Below are positions 17,242-23,897 of a stretch of DNA of 31,578 bases, piece after piece. Numbering within the stretch: the stretch's first letter is position 1; each line of letters starts with the position of its first letter. The notes below the pieces were generated by a model. It saw nothing but the letters and a program-made list of their open reading frames with translations. It was not told the origin of the DNA and ran no database searches. This stretch comes from a virus (taxonomy: Duplodnaviria; Caudoviricetes), in IMG/VR virus record IMGVR_UViG_3300020042_009391, positions 1 to 31,578 of that record; one strand, given 5' to 3'. The position numbers and the translations under genes are program-made.

Positions 17242-17315
17242 ACCCCGTTAGCTCAAAGGTAGAGCACCCGGCTGATAACCGGGAGACAGAGGATCGTTAC
17301 CTCTACAGGGTACCA
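17242..17315 (+). tRNA. tRNA-Ile(GAT)
   Basis: Loop CT-GAT-AA, CCA; atypical T-loop ATCGTTA. Confidence 0.88.
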
Positions 17316-17323
17316 TAGTTTTT

Positions 17324-17400
17324 GCCCCGGTGACGGAATTGGTATACGTGTTGGTCTTAGAAGCCAAATTTTGAGAGTTCGAGTCTCTCCTGGGGCACCA
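17324..17400 (+). tRNA. tRNA-Leu(TAG)
   Basis: Loop CT-TAG-AA, A73, CCA; short variable loop. Confidence 0.88.
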
Positions 17401-17450
17401 AAACTCGCCTTGACTTATGGCGTATAATAGGAAAAGTAGTAAGTCAATCT

Positions 17451-17525
17451 GGGCTGTTAGTGATAATGGGAGCACGGGGGCTTTGCACGTCTCAGGTAAG
17501 AGTTCGATTCTCTTACGGTCCACCA
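17451..17525 (+). tRNA. tRNA-Ala(TGC)
   Basis: G3-U70 pair in GGGCTGT/ACGGTCC, loop TT-TGC-AC, CCA. Confidence 0.92.
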
Positions 17526-17532
17526 GAATTTT

Positions 17533-17607
17533 GGGTCCTTAGTAAAATGAATATTACACAACGCTACGAACGTTGAGGTGGGAGTTTGATTCTCTCAGGA
17601 CCCTCCA
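17533..17607 (+). tRNA. tRNA-Arg(ACG)
   Basis: Loop CT-ACG-AA, T-loop TTTGATT, CCA. Confidence 0.88.
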
Positions 17608-17615
17608 ATTTTTAT

Positions 17616-17689
17616 GCAGGTAAGCCCGAGGTGGGACGCCAGCCTTCCAAGCTGTGCTGAGTGGAGTTCGATTCTCCCTACCTGCTCCA
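17616..17689 (+). tRNA. tRNA-Gly(TCC)
   Basis: GCAGGTA/TACCTGC, loop CT-TCC-AA, U73, CCA; shrunken D-arm. Confidence 0.82.
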
Positions 17690-17690
17690 T

Positions 17691-17876
17691 TTATGAAGAC
17701 TTAGGTGAATCTTTGTCGATTTGTTTAAACTGTTCTGTTAGTATGAAGCAAGGTTTTACTGAATTGTAATCTTGTACGAATGTACGAGAGTTGGTCCAGT
17801 ACTCTTTCATCTCATTAGGCTTATCGCTCAATGCATACAGCAGCCGTAAATTTTCGTCGTCTTTATGAGTAAACAT
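17691..17876 (-). CDS. small hypothetical protein, antisense within the tRNA array
   Basis: MFTHKDDENLRLL... 61 aa exactly filling the Gly-Pro spacer; GATAAATA late-promoter-like motif just upstream on the - strand. Confidence 0.55.
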   Translation of the reverse strand: MFTHKDDENLRLLYALSDKPNEMKEYWTNSRTFVQDYNSVKPCFILTEQFKQIDKDSPKSS

Positions 17877-17888
17877 TTTTGTATTTAT

Positions 17889-17962
17889 CTCCGATTGGTG
17901 AAATGGTATCATCCGTGCTTTGGGAGCATGTGGCGCAAGTTCGATTCTTGCATCGGAGACCA
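17889..17962 (+). tRNA. tRNA-Pro(TGG)
   Basis: C1-G72, loop TT-TGG-GA, CCA. Confidence 0.92.
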
Positions 17963-17965
17963 GGT

Positions 17966-18182
17966 TTTGTAAGTGTCAGCAAGAGAACAACTCGCTATTC
18001 AGTATTCTTCGAAGGTACTGAATAGTAGAAGGTTAATGGGTTCAACTCCCACCTGCGGGAAACTGCAGAGGTCTGTAACGGAGACTATACTGGTTAAGTA
18101 TCCTAAGTGACGTACCTCATGCCGTCCGGACTAGTATAATCGGATAAATGGTTGCTATAATTGAGGGGCAGCAACTTACAAA
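17966..18182 (+). ncRNA. putative ~215-nt multi-stem structured RNA
   Basis: Closing stem TTTGTAAGT/ACTTACAAA; long TTCG-capped hairpin GCTATTCAGTAT/GTACTGAATAGT; TGGG-TTCAACT-CCCA; CTGCGG-GAAA-CTGCAG; no ORF in the track. Confidence 0.7.
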
Positions 18183-18191
18183 TTCAATTGT

Positions 18192-18265
18192 TGGGGGTTA
18201 GTGTAGCGGTAACACTACAGACTTTGACTCTGTCATCACTGGTTCGAACCCAGTACCCTCTGCCA
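18192..18265 (+). tRNA. tRNA-Gln(TTG)
   Basis: Loop CT-TTG-AC, G73, CCA. Confidence 0.92.
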
Positions 18266-18289
18266 GTTTTTTTATAAGGAGAGCCTGAT

Positions 18290-18421
18290 ATGGCTAGTGT
18301 CAAGAAGGGGACGTTAACTCGTTCACCACAATGGTGGAAACACCTAAAAGAGTATAAGAGGTTTTTCTGGAAATCGGAAAGACAGGCTTATAAGAAAGAA
18401 ATTAGCGGGGGTATAACTTAA
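18290..18421 (+). CDS. small basic Trp-rich protein (43 aa, absent from the ORF track)
   Basis: RBS TAAGGAG; MASVKKGTLTRSPQWWKHLKEYKRFFWKSERQAYKKEISGGIT*. Confidence 0.7.
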   Translation: MASVKKGTLTRSPQWWKHLKEYKRFFWKSERQAYKKEISGGIT

Positions 18422-18481
18422 CGGCTAAAGTAGTAGGCTTTTAACCTATTAATCAGAGTTCGATTCTCTGTACCCCTACCA
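18407..18481 (+). tRNA. tRNA-Lys(TTT)
   Basis: Loop CT-TTT-AA, CCA. Confidence 0.92.
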
Positions 18482-18575
18482 TATAAAAGCACATTATTAG
18501 TAACGCATGAGCAGGTTACTAACTTCCGCTGGTTACGTCAATCGTAAGTGGGTGAAGGATAGTGTGTTTCTATAT
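18481..18575 (+). ncRNA. putative structured RNA following tRNA-Lys
   Basis: Closing stem ATATAAAAGCACATTAT/ATAGTGTGTTTCTATAT; internal TTAGTAAC/GTTACTAA and TTACG/CGTAA. Confidence 0.6.
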
Positions 18576-18582
18576 AGTTTAT

Positions 18583-18657
18583 GTGGTTGTTAGTTTAGTG
18601 GTAAAACCGCGGGTTGTGATTCCGCTATCACGGGTTCGATTCCCGTACATCCACCCA
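18583..18657 (+). tRNA. tRNA-His(GTG)
   Basis: G-1:C73 pair, loop TT-GTG-AT, CCA. Confidence 0.92.
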
Positions 18658-18662
18658 AATTA

Positions 18663-18737
18663 GGATGATTAGCTCAGTGGTAGAGCACCGCCTTGACATG
18701 GCGAAGGTCAGTGGCTCGAATCCACTATCATCCACCA
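18663..18737 (+). tRNA. tRNA-Val(GAC)
   Basis: Loop TT-GAC-AT, T-loop CTCGAAT, CCA. Confidence 0.9.
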
Positions 18738-18741
18738 TTAT

Positions 18742-18817
18742 GCTGCTTTAGCTGATGTGGTCATAGCGCTGGTCTGAAGAACCAGTGAAAGAGGTTCGAT
18801 TCCTCTAGGCAGCACCA
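18742..18817 (+). tRNA. tRNA-Phe(GAA)
   Basis: Loop CT-GAA-GA, CCA. Confidence 0.92.
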
Positions 18818-18822
18818 AACTT

Positions 18823-18896
18823 GTCTCGATGGTGTAATGGCAGCATAGCAGTCTCCAAAACTGTTGGTTGGGGTTCGAGTCCCTATCGGGATGCCA
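18823..18896 (+). tRNA. tRNA-Trp(CCA)
   Basis: Loop CT-CCA-AA, G73, CCA. Confidence 0.92.
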
Positions 18897-18903
18897 AGTT
18901 TAT

Positions 18904-18979
18904 CTCTCTAAAGCGTTATCAGGTTGCGTACACGATTTGGGGTCGTGTGGTCCAGGTTCGAATCCTGGTAGGGAGACCA
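18904..18979 (+). tRNA. tRNA-Pro(TGG), second divergent copy
   Basis: CACGA-TT-TGG-GG-TCGTG, C1-G72, CCA. Confidence 0.9.
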
Positions 18980-18986
18980 AGTTAAT

Positions 18987-19078
18987 GGAAAGTAATGCAG
19001 CGGGGATGGTCCTGCGACTGGCCTTGAAAACCAGGTTCTCAGAAATGGGATGGGGTTCGACTCCTCTGCTTTCCGCCA
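18987..19078 (+). tRNA. tRNA-Ser(TGA)
   Basis: Loop CT-TGA-AA, long variable arm, G73, CCA. Confidence 0.9.
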
Positions 19079-19085
19079 ATTTTAG

Positions 19086-19114
19086 TTGCATTTGTTTTTG
19101 TATTAGTATATAAT
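19086..19114 (+). promoter_or_regulatory. internal sigma70-like promoter in the tRNA array
   Basis: TTGCAT-17 nt-TATAAT, 8 nt before tRNA-Ser(GCT). Confidence 0.65.
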
Positions 19115-19122
19115 TAGAAAAA

Positions 19123-19212
19123 GGAAGACGGGCAGGATGGTAATGCAGCAGATTGCTAATCTGTAGATTCTAGTAATAGGGTCATAGGGTTCGACTCCCT
19201 AGTCTTCCACCA
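19123..19212 (+). tRNA. tRNA-Ser(GCT)
   Basis: Loop TT-GCT-AA, long variable arm, CCA. Confidence 0.9.
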
Positions 19213-19228
19213 TATAAGTAAAAAATAT

Positions 19229-19304
19229 TCCCTAGTAGCACAGCGGTAGTTGCACTTGACTGTTAATCAAGTTGTCCGTGGTTCGATCCCACGCTGGGGA
19301 GCCA
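19229..19304 (+). tRNA. tRNA-Asn(GTT)
   Basis: U1-A72, loop CT-GTT-AA, G73, CCA. Confidence 0.93.
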
Positions 19305-19310
19305 AATTTC

Positions 19311-19384
19311 GCCCTCATAGTATATTGGTATTACAGTTGCCTTGTAAGCATCAAAACGGAGTTCGATTCTCTGTGGGGGCACCA
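19311..19384 (+). tRNA. tRNA-Thr(TGT)
   Basis: Loop CT-TGT-AA, CCA. Confidence 0.9.
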
Positions 19385-19388
19385 GAAT

Positions 19389-19465
19389 CGCAGAGTATGG
19401 AAGTGGTCTATCCGTCCGGTCTCATAAGCCGGGAATCGCAGGTTCGAATCCTGCCTCTGCAACCA
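19389..19465 (+). tRNA. initiator-type tRNA-Met(CAT)
   Basis: C1:A72 mismatch, loop CT-CAT-AA, CCA. Confidence 0.88.
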
Positions 19466-19469
19466 TAAC

Positions 19470-19544
19470 GGATGTATAGCACAGTGGTAGTGCATCTCCT
19501 TCATACGGAGCAGGTCAGTAGTTCGAATCTACTTACATCCACCA
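19470..19544 (+). tRNA. tRNA with CAT anticodon (probably elongator Met)
   Basis: Loop TT-CAT-AC, G1-C72, CCA. Confidence 0.85.
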
Positions 19545-19553
19545 AGGAGTTAT

Positions 19554-20087
19554 ATGAGTAACTTTAGATTCATTGATAGAAACGTCGACGTCAGTAAAAT
19601 ATTAAAACAGGTCCTGGATAATCCTGAAGATTGGCAAGCTGTTACAACATTTAAAAATACCGCTGGTGATAAAAATCCGTACGGGTTTCTACCTATGGTG
19701 ATGGCTGTAGTCAGGGATGCAAATGATGATCCTAAGAATACAGAGCTGCAAATGAATACCCCTTTGTATAAGAAGTATACAGAGATTAGGAAATGGCTTC
19801 GTAATCAAGGTATTTACAATACATCAAGGGCGGCCTTCTTTAGGCTTAAGCCTGGTGATGGTGTTGGTAGACATATAGATGATGGCACTTATTATCTTAC
19901 AAGAGACAGGTATCACCTTGCAATTCAGGGTACATACCTCTATACAGTAGATGGGGAAGAGCACCAAATTGCACCAGGTACTTTTTTCTGGTTCAACAAT
20001 AAAAAATATCATTCAGCTTACAACAATGGGGATATTGATCGTTTGACGTTTGTATTCGATGTTCCCCATTCACCTAAGAATCCTTAA
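19554..20087 (+). CDS. 2OG-Fe(II) oxygenase, Asp/Asn beta-hydroxylase-like cupin
   Basis: HxD (RHIDDG), RYHLAI, FWFNNKKYH, DRLTFVFD. Confidence 0.85.
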   Translation: MSNFRFIDRNVDVSKILKQVLDNPEDWQAVTTFKNTAGDKNPYGFLPMVMAVVRDANDDPKNTELQMNTPLYKKYTEIRKWLRNQGIYNTSRAAFFRLKPGDGVGRHIDDGTYYLTRDRYHLAIQGTYLYTVDGEEHQIAPGTFFWFNNKKYHSAYNNGDIDRLTFVFDVPHSPKNP

Positions 20088-20088
20088 T

Positions 20089-20163
20089 GCCTGGTTAGCT
20101 CAGGGGTAGAGCGTCTCCTTTACACGGAGAGGGTCGGCGGTTCGAAACCGTCACCAGGTACCA
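20089..20163 (+). tRNA. tRNA-Val(TAC)
   Basis: Loop TT-TAC-AC, CCA. Confidence 0.93.
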
Positions 20164-20170
20164 TACTTAC

Positions 20171-20199
20171 TTGACTTAATTTTCGTAATATTGTATAAT
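20171..20199 (+). promoter_or_regulatory. sigma70-like promoter
   Basis: TTGACT-17 nt-TATAAT. Confidence 0.8.
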
Positions 20200-20218
20200 C
20201 ACTATACATTAATTTACT

Positions 20219-20749
20219 ATGAGGTGTATTGTGAAGGGTACTACTAAGATGTTCTTAATAGGCATGGTTGTGACTATCTTGGTCATGAAACCATCGGTGG
20301 GTGTAGCATTTGTATCTGCTATCTCAAATGGTATATCTACTGTGGCTAGTGCAATGCACGAACCTGCCGTACGTCCTGAGCCGCCAGTGGTTGTTCAGAA
20401 TAACGATGATGAATTCAAGGTTAAAATTTTATCTTTGTTTGATAAGTTGTTTGAACGTCTAGATAAGAAAGAGGAACCTAGAGAGGAATTTATTACCTCC
20501 GGACCTCTAGCCCCTGTTGATACTCCTGTTGTAGTTACTCTTAGTTCTAAAGAGGTTGCATATAACCAGGCATTAGCCGAGCAAGCTATTCTAGAACGTC
20601 ATGAACGGTATACCGGTGAGGATCCTATCGTACGTAAACGTCTTAACTTACCTCCTAAACTTAAGTCTATCGACCAGTTCGAATATAAGGATGAGGTGAG
20701 TGCTGCAACCTTTGATAAAGAGTTTGCCGAGAAGGTTGGTAAGAAATAA
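20219..20749 (+). CDS. hypothetical membrane-anchored protein
   Basis: Hydrophobic N-terminus; start may instead be GTG 20231 after GAGG. Confidence 0.75.
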   Translation: MRCIVKGTTKMFLIGMVVTILVMKPSVGVAFVSAISNGISTVASAMHEPAVRPEPPVVVQNNDDEFKVKILSLFDKLFERLDKKEEPREEFITSGPLAPVDTPVVVTLSSKEVAYNQALAEQAILERHERYTGEDPIVRKRLNLPPKLKSIDQFEYKDEVSAATFDKEFAEKVGKK

Positions 20750-21081
20750 TGGATCCATCTCTAGCAGTATCATTAGCCGGGCTTGCGTTTACTTTATTTG
20801 CAGGTCCGAGCTACGCATATAAATATCAGGAGTTAGAGGGTAGCAAGTTATGTGATTTCTCTAACATCCAGGTCCTACAAAAGAACGAGCAAAAGATCTA
20901 TCTTAAGTATGACCGGGTAGTCTTTGTAATGTATCAGAAGCCTACTAATAAGGGCGTTAAGAACGTTAAGAGATTTGAAACCACAAATGGTGGGGTAGTG
21001 TTTTTACAACTACCTGAGAAAGCCATGCTATTAGATAATATTAAGATGAAGCCCATCTTAAATGAATGCAAGAATATATGA
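20749..21081 (+). CDS. hypothetical secreted protein
   Basis: Signal-peptide-like N-terminus, two Cys; TAATG coupling. Confidence 0.75.
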   Translation: MDPSLAVSLAGLAFTLFAGPSYAYKYQELEGSKLCDFSNIQVLQKNEQKIYLKYDRVVFVMYQKPTNKGVKNVKRFETTNGGVVFLQLPEKAMLLDNIKMKPILNECKNI

Positions 21082-21088
21082 GGTGCTT

Positions 21089-21301
21089 ATGTCAAATGGT
21101 GGCAAAGGTTCAAGACCTAGACCTAAGAGCGTATCCCAACAAGAGTATGATACCAGGTGGGATGCTATATTTGGACGTGATCTGAACGAGGATAACACGG
21201 GTACAAATAAAAATGAATATCAGGACGTACTATCTACTGAAGACTGTATTGTCGACATGCCTGGTACAATGGGTAGCGCAAAATTAATTTTTAAAGAATA
21301 G
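21089..21301 (+). CDS. small hypothetical phage protein (GGKGSxPRP motif)
   Basis: RBS GAGG then MSNGGKGSRPRPKSVSQQEYDTRWDAIFG. Confidence 0.7.
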   Translation: MSNGGKGSRPRPKSVSQQEYDTRWDAIFGRDLNEDNTGTNKNEYQDVLSTEDCIVDMPGTMGSAKLIFKE

Positions 21302-21303
21302 TT

Positions 21304-21987
21304 ATGGAATTTATTGATCGGTTTGACTTATTTCCAACCCCTGTACTAAGGTACGGATTTAAAGATATAGAACTACATCATGAAAATCTAGTTAAGTACT
21401 TGGCTAATGATGAGTTGTACTTTAAGGACAAAGAACGTAATGGTGTTCAAACTACCGATGGTGATCTCTTTAATCACAAAGAGCTGGAACCGGTACATAA
21501 ACTCTTTACTGAATGTTTTGAAGATGCCTTAGATAAGTTCGGTTACGAAAAAGATCATGGTATCATCTCCATGTGGGCTACTAGACAAAGAGACGGCGGC
21601 TTTCATCATCAGCACATTCATAGAAATACGTTTCTAGCCGCCGTACTTTATTTGTTTGATATCGATGGTACTGCTAGAGGCACTACATTCCATAACCTTA
21701 ATAGCAACCTGTATCAAATTGACCCACGACATAAAAAAGATGCACCTCAGTTTTTTAAGAACAGTGAAGAAGTTCCGTTCATTAACGGTACCGTTCTAGT
21801 CTTTCCTGGATGGGCATCCCATTCAACCATACCTTCCCCAAGTAGGTACAGAATAATGATCGCCGCTAATATGATGCCAGTTGGTCGTACTAATTCCGAT
21901 CACTATGATCAATATTACTATCATGATCCAAAAGAAAAAGGTTACTTAAATTTAGCCGACCATATCAAAGAAGGGTATGGTAAGTAA
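21304..21987 (+). CDS. putative 2OG-Fe(II) oxygenase (TIGR02466-like)
   Basis: LFPTPV start, SMWA, HQHIH, AVLYL, LVFPGWASH, RIMIAAN. Confidence 0.82.
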   Translation: MEFIDRFDLFPTPVLRYGFKDIELHHENLVKYLANDELYFKDKERNGVQTTDGDLFNHKELEPVHKLFTECFEDALDKFGYEKDHGIISMWATRQRDGGFHHQHIHRNTFLAAVLYLFDIDGTARGTTFHNLNSNLYQIDPRHKKDAPQFFKNSEEVPFINGTVLVFPGWASHSTIPSPSRYRIMIAANMMPVGRTNSDHYDQYYYHDPKEKGYLNLADHIKEGYGK

Positions 21988-21988
21988 C

Positions 21989-22064
21989 GCAGGAGTAGCT
22001 CAGTTGGTAGAGCATTACCTTGCCAAGGTAAATGTCGCGAGTTCGAACCTCGTCTCCTGCTCCA
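21989..22064 (+). tRNA. tRNA-Gly(GCC)
   Basis: Canonical cloverleaf, loop TT-GCC-AA, U73, CCA. Confidence 0.95.
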
Positions 22065-22090
22065 TTTTTTAATACCTGCTTAATTTTAAC

Positions 22091-22164
22091 GCTCCTATAG
22101 TTAAGTGGTATAACACGTCCTTGGTAAGGACGAATCCTGAGTTCAATTCTCGGTGGGAGCACCA
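22091..22164 (+). tRNA. tRNA-Thr(GGT)
   Basis: Loop TT-GGT-AA, CCA. Confidence 0.92.
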
Positions 22165-22165
22165 C

Positions 22166-22194
22166 TTGCATTTAATTACAATTTAAGTTATAAT
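22166..22194 (+). promoter_or_regulatory. sigma70-like promoter
   Basis: TTGCAT-17 nt-TATAAT. Confidence 0.65.
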
Positions 22195-22200
22195 ATCAAT

Positions 22201-22416
22201 ATGAAACAGGCCGGTAGCTTAATGGTAAAGCAGGGAACTCATAATTCCTTGAGTGGGGGTTCAATTCCCTCCCGGCCTACCATTGATGAGCTTAGGAAAC
22301 TAGGTAAGTGGCCTTTTCCTCAATGGGAGAATGGTCAAATAGTCCAGTTTAAGGTTAAGACACCACGAGTGCCGAAACCGGATTGGTTTAAAGAAGCAGG
22401 TGAAGCGCCTTTTTGA
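22201..22416 (+). CDS. possible leaderless small protein reading through a tRNA gene
   Basis: ATG at the predicted +1; open frame across the tRNA into IDELRKLGKWPFPQWENG...EAGEAPF*. Confidence 0.4.
   Translation: MKQAGSLMVKQGTHNSLSGGSIPSRPTIDELRKLGKWPFPQWENGQIVQFKVKTPRVPKPDWFKEAGEAPF
22208..22282 (+). tRNA. tRNA with CAT anticodon (probably Ile2/lysidine type)
   Basis: AGGCCGG/CCGGCCT, loop CT-CAT-AA, CCA; identity inferred because two other CAT tRNAs are present. Confidence 0.82.
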
Positions 22417-22423
22417 GGTCAAT

Positions 22424-22903
22424 ATGAAACAGTTAAACTTAGATGAAGTGAAAAACTTTATCCAATTACAAAGTCCTGAAACCAAAATTTACATTGGTGC
22501 TGACTCCGAACGTTATCAAAAGATAATTAATGGCCGTAATGAATGGTTTGCTGATTACATTCTAGTAGTAGTTGTTCATATTGACGGATGCCATGGATGC
22601 AAGATCTTTGGTGAAGTTCAGACCGAACGTGACTACGATAAGAGGGCAAGCCGCCCATCAACACGTCTTATGACTGAGGTATACAAGGTTGCTGAACTGT
22701 ACCTCAAAATGGAAGAAGTCCTTGAAGGTAGAGATGTGGAGGTGCATCTGGACATCAATCCTAATGAGCTGTATAACAGTAGTATAGTGGTGCAGCAGGC
22801 AATAGGATACATTAAGGGTGTATGCAGCGTTACCCCAAAAGTTAAACCTCAGGCTTTTGCCGCATCGTATGCTGCTGATAGGTTTAAATCGTTTATAGGA
22901 TAA
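22424..22903 (+). CDS. RNase H-like protein (YkuK/DUF458-like)
   Basis: IYIGADS, RLMTEV, EVHLDIN, KVKPQAFAASYAAD. Confidence 0.85.
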   Translation: MKQLNLDEVKNFIQLQSPETKIYIGADSERYQKIINGRNEWFADYILVVVVHIDGCHGCKIFGEVQTERDYDKRASRPSTRLMTEVYKVAELYLKMEEVLEGRDVEVHLDINPNELYNSSIVVQQAIGYIKGVCSVTPKVKPQAFAASYAADRFKSFIG

Positions 22904-22910
22904 TTTATCC

Positions 22911-22993
22911 GCGGGTGTGGTGGAAGGGTAGACACAGGAGACTTAAAATCTCCCGCCTAGAGCGTGCCGGTTCGAATCCGGCCACCCGTACCA
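22911..22993 (+). tRNA. tRNA-Leu(TAA)
   Basis: Loop CT-TAA-AA, variable arm, CCA. Confidence 0.93.
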
Positions 22994-23032
22994 CTAAATA
23001 ATGGTATACTTTGACCCTTCAAAGGAGATACC

Positions 23033-23272
23033 ATGAAGCTTACAGCAGTCGAACGCAATCATCTGAATGAAATGATTGAGACACAAACGTTCTATGGAAT
23101 TCCACTGGAACAGGTTACCCAGGAAGTCCTAGAGGAAATTGATCATGAAGAGGCTCGTACTCTTTACATAGTTGCCTGCATGCTCGGATGGGACATGAGG
23201 GATAAACAATCCCTGGACCACTTTCCCTATGAGGCAGAAGAGTACCTCAAAAAATTCCAACTAATTCAGTAA
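23033..23272 (+). CDS. hypothetical protein
   Basis: Strong RBS AAGGAG; acidic 79-aa ORF. Confidence 0.75.
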   Translation: MKLTAVERNHLNEMIETQTFYGIPLEQVTQEVLEEIDHEEARTLYIVACMLGWDMRDKQSLDHFPYEAEEYLKKFQLIQ

Positions 23273-23296
23273 TAAATTATAGTTACTTTTCGTAAG

Positions 23297-23325
23297 TTGC
23301 CTTAATTTCGTAATGTCGTTATAAT
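23297..23325 (+). promoter_or_regulatory. sigma70-like promoter
   Basis: TTGCCT-17 nt-TATAAT. Confidence 0.7.
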
Positions 23326-23370
23326 CATAGTGTGGACTCTTAAACCCACTAACTTTAGAAAGACTATATT

Positions 23371-23709
23371 ATGAATAAACTTGAAACTGCAATTGAGATC
23401 GTTAAGGCTGGTAATGGTGATAAGAAACTGTTGCTGGCTGATATTCAGAACGCTTTGGGTGTGACTCGTGCTAACGCATCTGTCTATCTCTTCAAAGCTA
23501 ATAAGGTAATTGAGACTGGTGAGCCTGTAGAGGTGAAAGAAACTAAGGTGAAGGCTGTTAAGGTCGAGCCTACTGTTGAGTTCGAGGTATCTGAAGAAGA
23601 TCAGCTTGCCTATCATGAATCTATGGCCGAACGCTCTGCCTCTGGCCTCTCCGTTATGTCTATCCAGGAATGGAAAGAGATGACTGAGAATCTTAAGGCC
23701 TTTGCATGA
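23371..23709 (+). CDS. hypothetical protein with N-terminal HTH-like segment
   Basis: Follows the promoter; DIQNALGVTRANASVY. Confidence 0.75.
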   Translation: MNKLETAIEIVKAGNGDKKLLLADIQNALGVTRANASVYLFKANKVIETGEPVEVKETKVKAVKVEPTVEFEVSEEDQLAYHESMAERSASGLSVMSIQEWKEMTENLKAFA

Positions 23710-23897
23710 GATTCCGCTCCAAGAAAATGATGGAGTATGAGCATCACTTTATGGAAGAAGAGATGCTCAAATTTGCCAGTAACCTGATCTATGAATCTAA
23801 TATGGATCGGGACCAGGTTACTGCCCGCTTTGCCGAAGCATACGGTGAAGAAAATATGCATATCATTGAAGAAATTCTAGATGAAGAATTCAGTTGA
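23706..23897 (+). CDS. small acidic hypothetical protein
   Basis: ATGA overlap with the upstream gene. Confidence 0.6.
   Translation: MRFRSKKMMEYEHHFMEEEMLKFASNLIYESNMDRDQVTARFAEAYGEENMHIIEEILDEEFS

Noticed and set aside
17410-17428. TTGACT and TATAAT hexamers suggesting a promoter
   Set aside because: The spacing is only 7 nt; the segment is better explained by RNA pairing.
17011-19468. ORF-track entries 17011-17262, 17248-17523, 18868-19113, 18900-19091, 19250-19468 (and 21965-22171)
   Set aside because: They are translations of tRNA genes on either strand, with no RBS or protein-like features.
20818-20825. Perfect TATAAATA late-promoter motif
   Set aside because: It lies inside a CDS in AT-rich sequence and cannot be distinguished from chance without transcript data.
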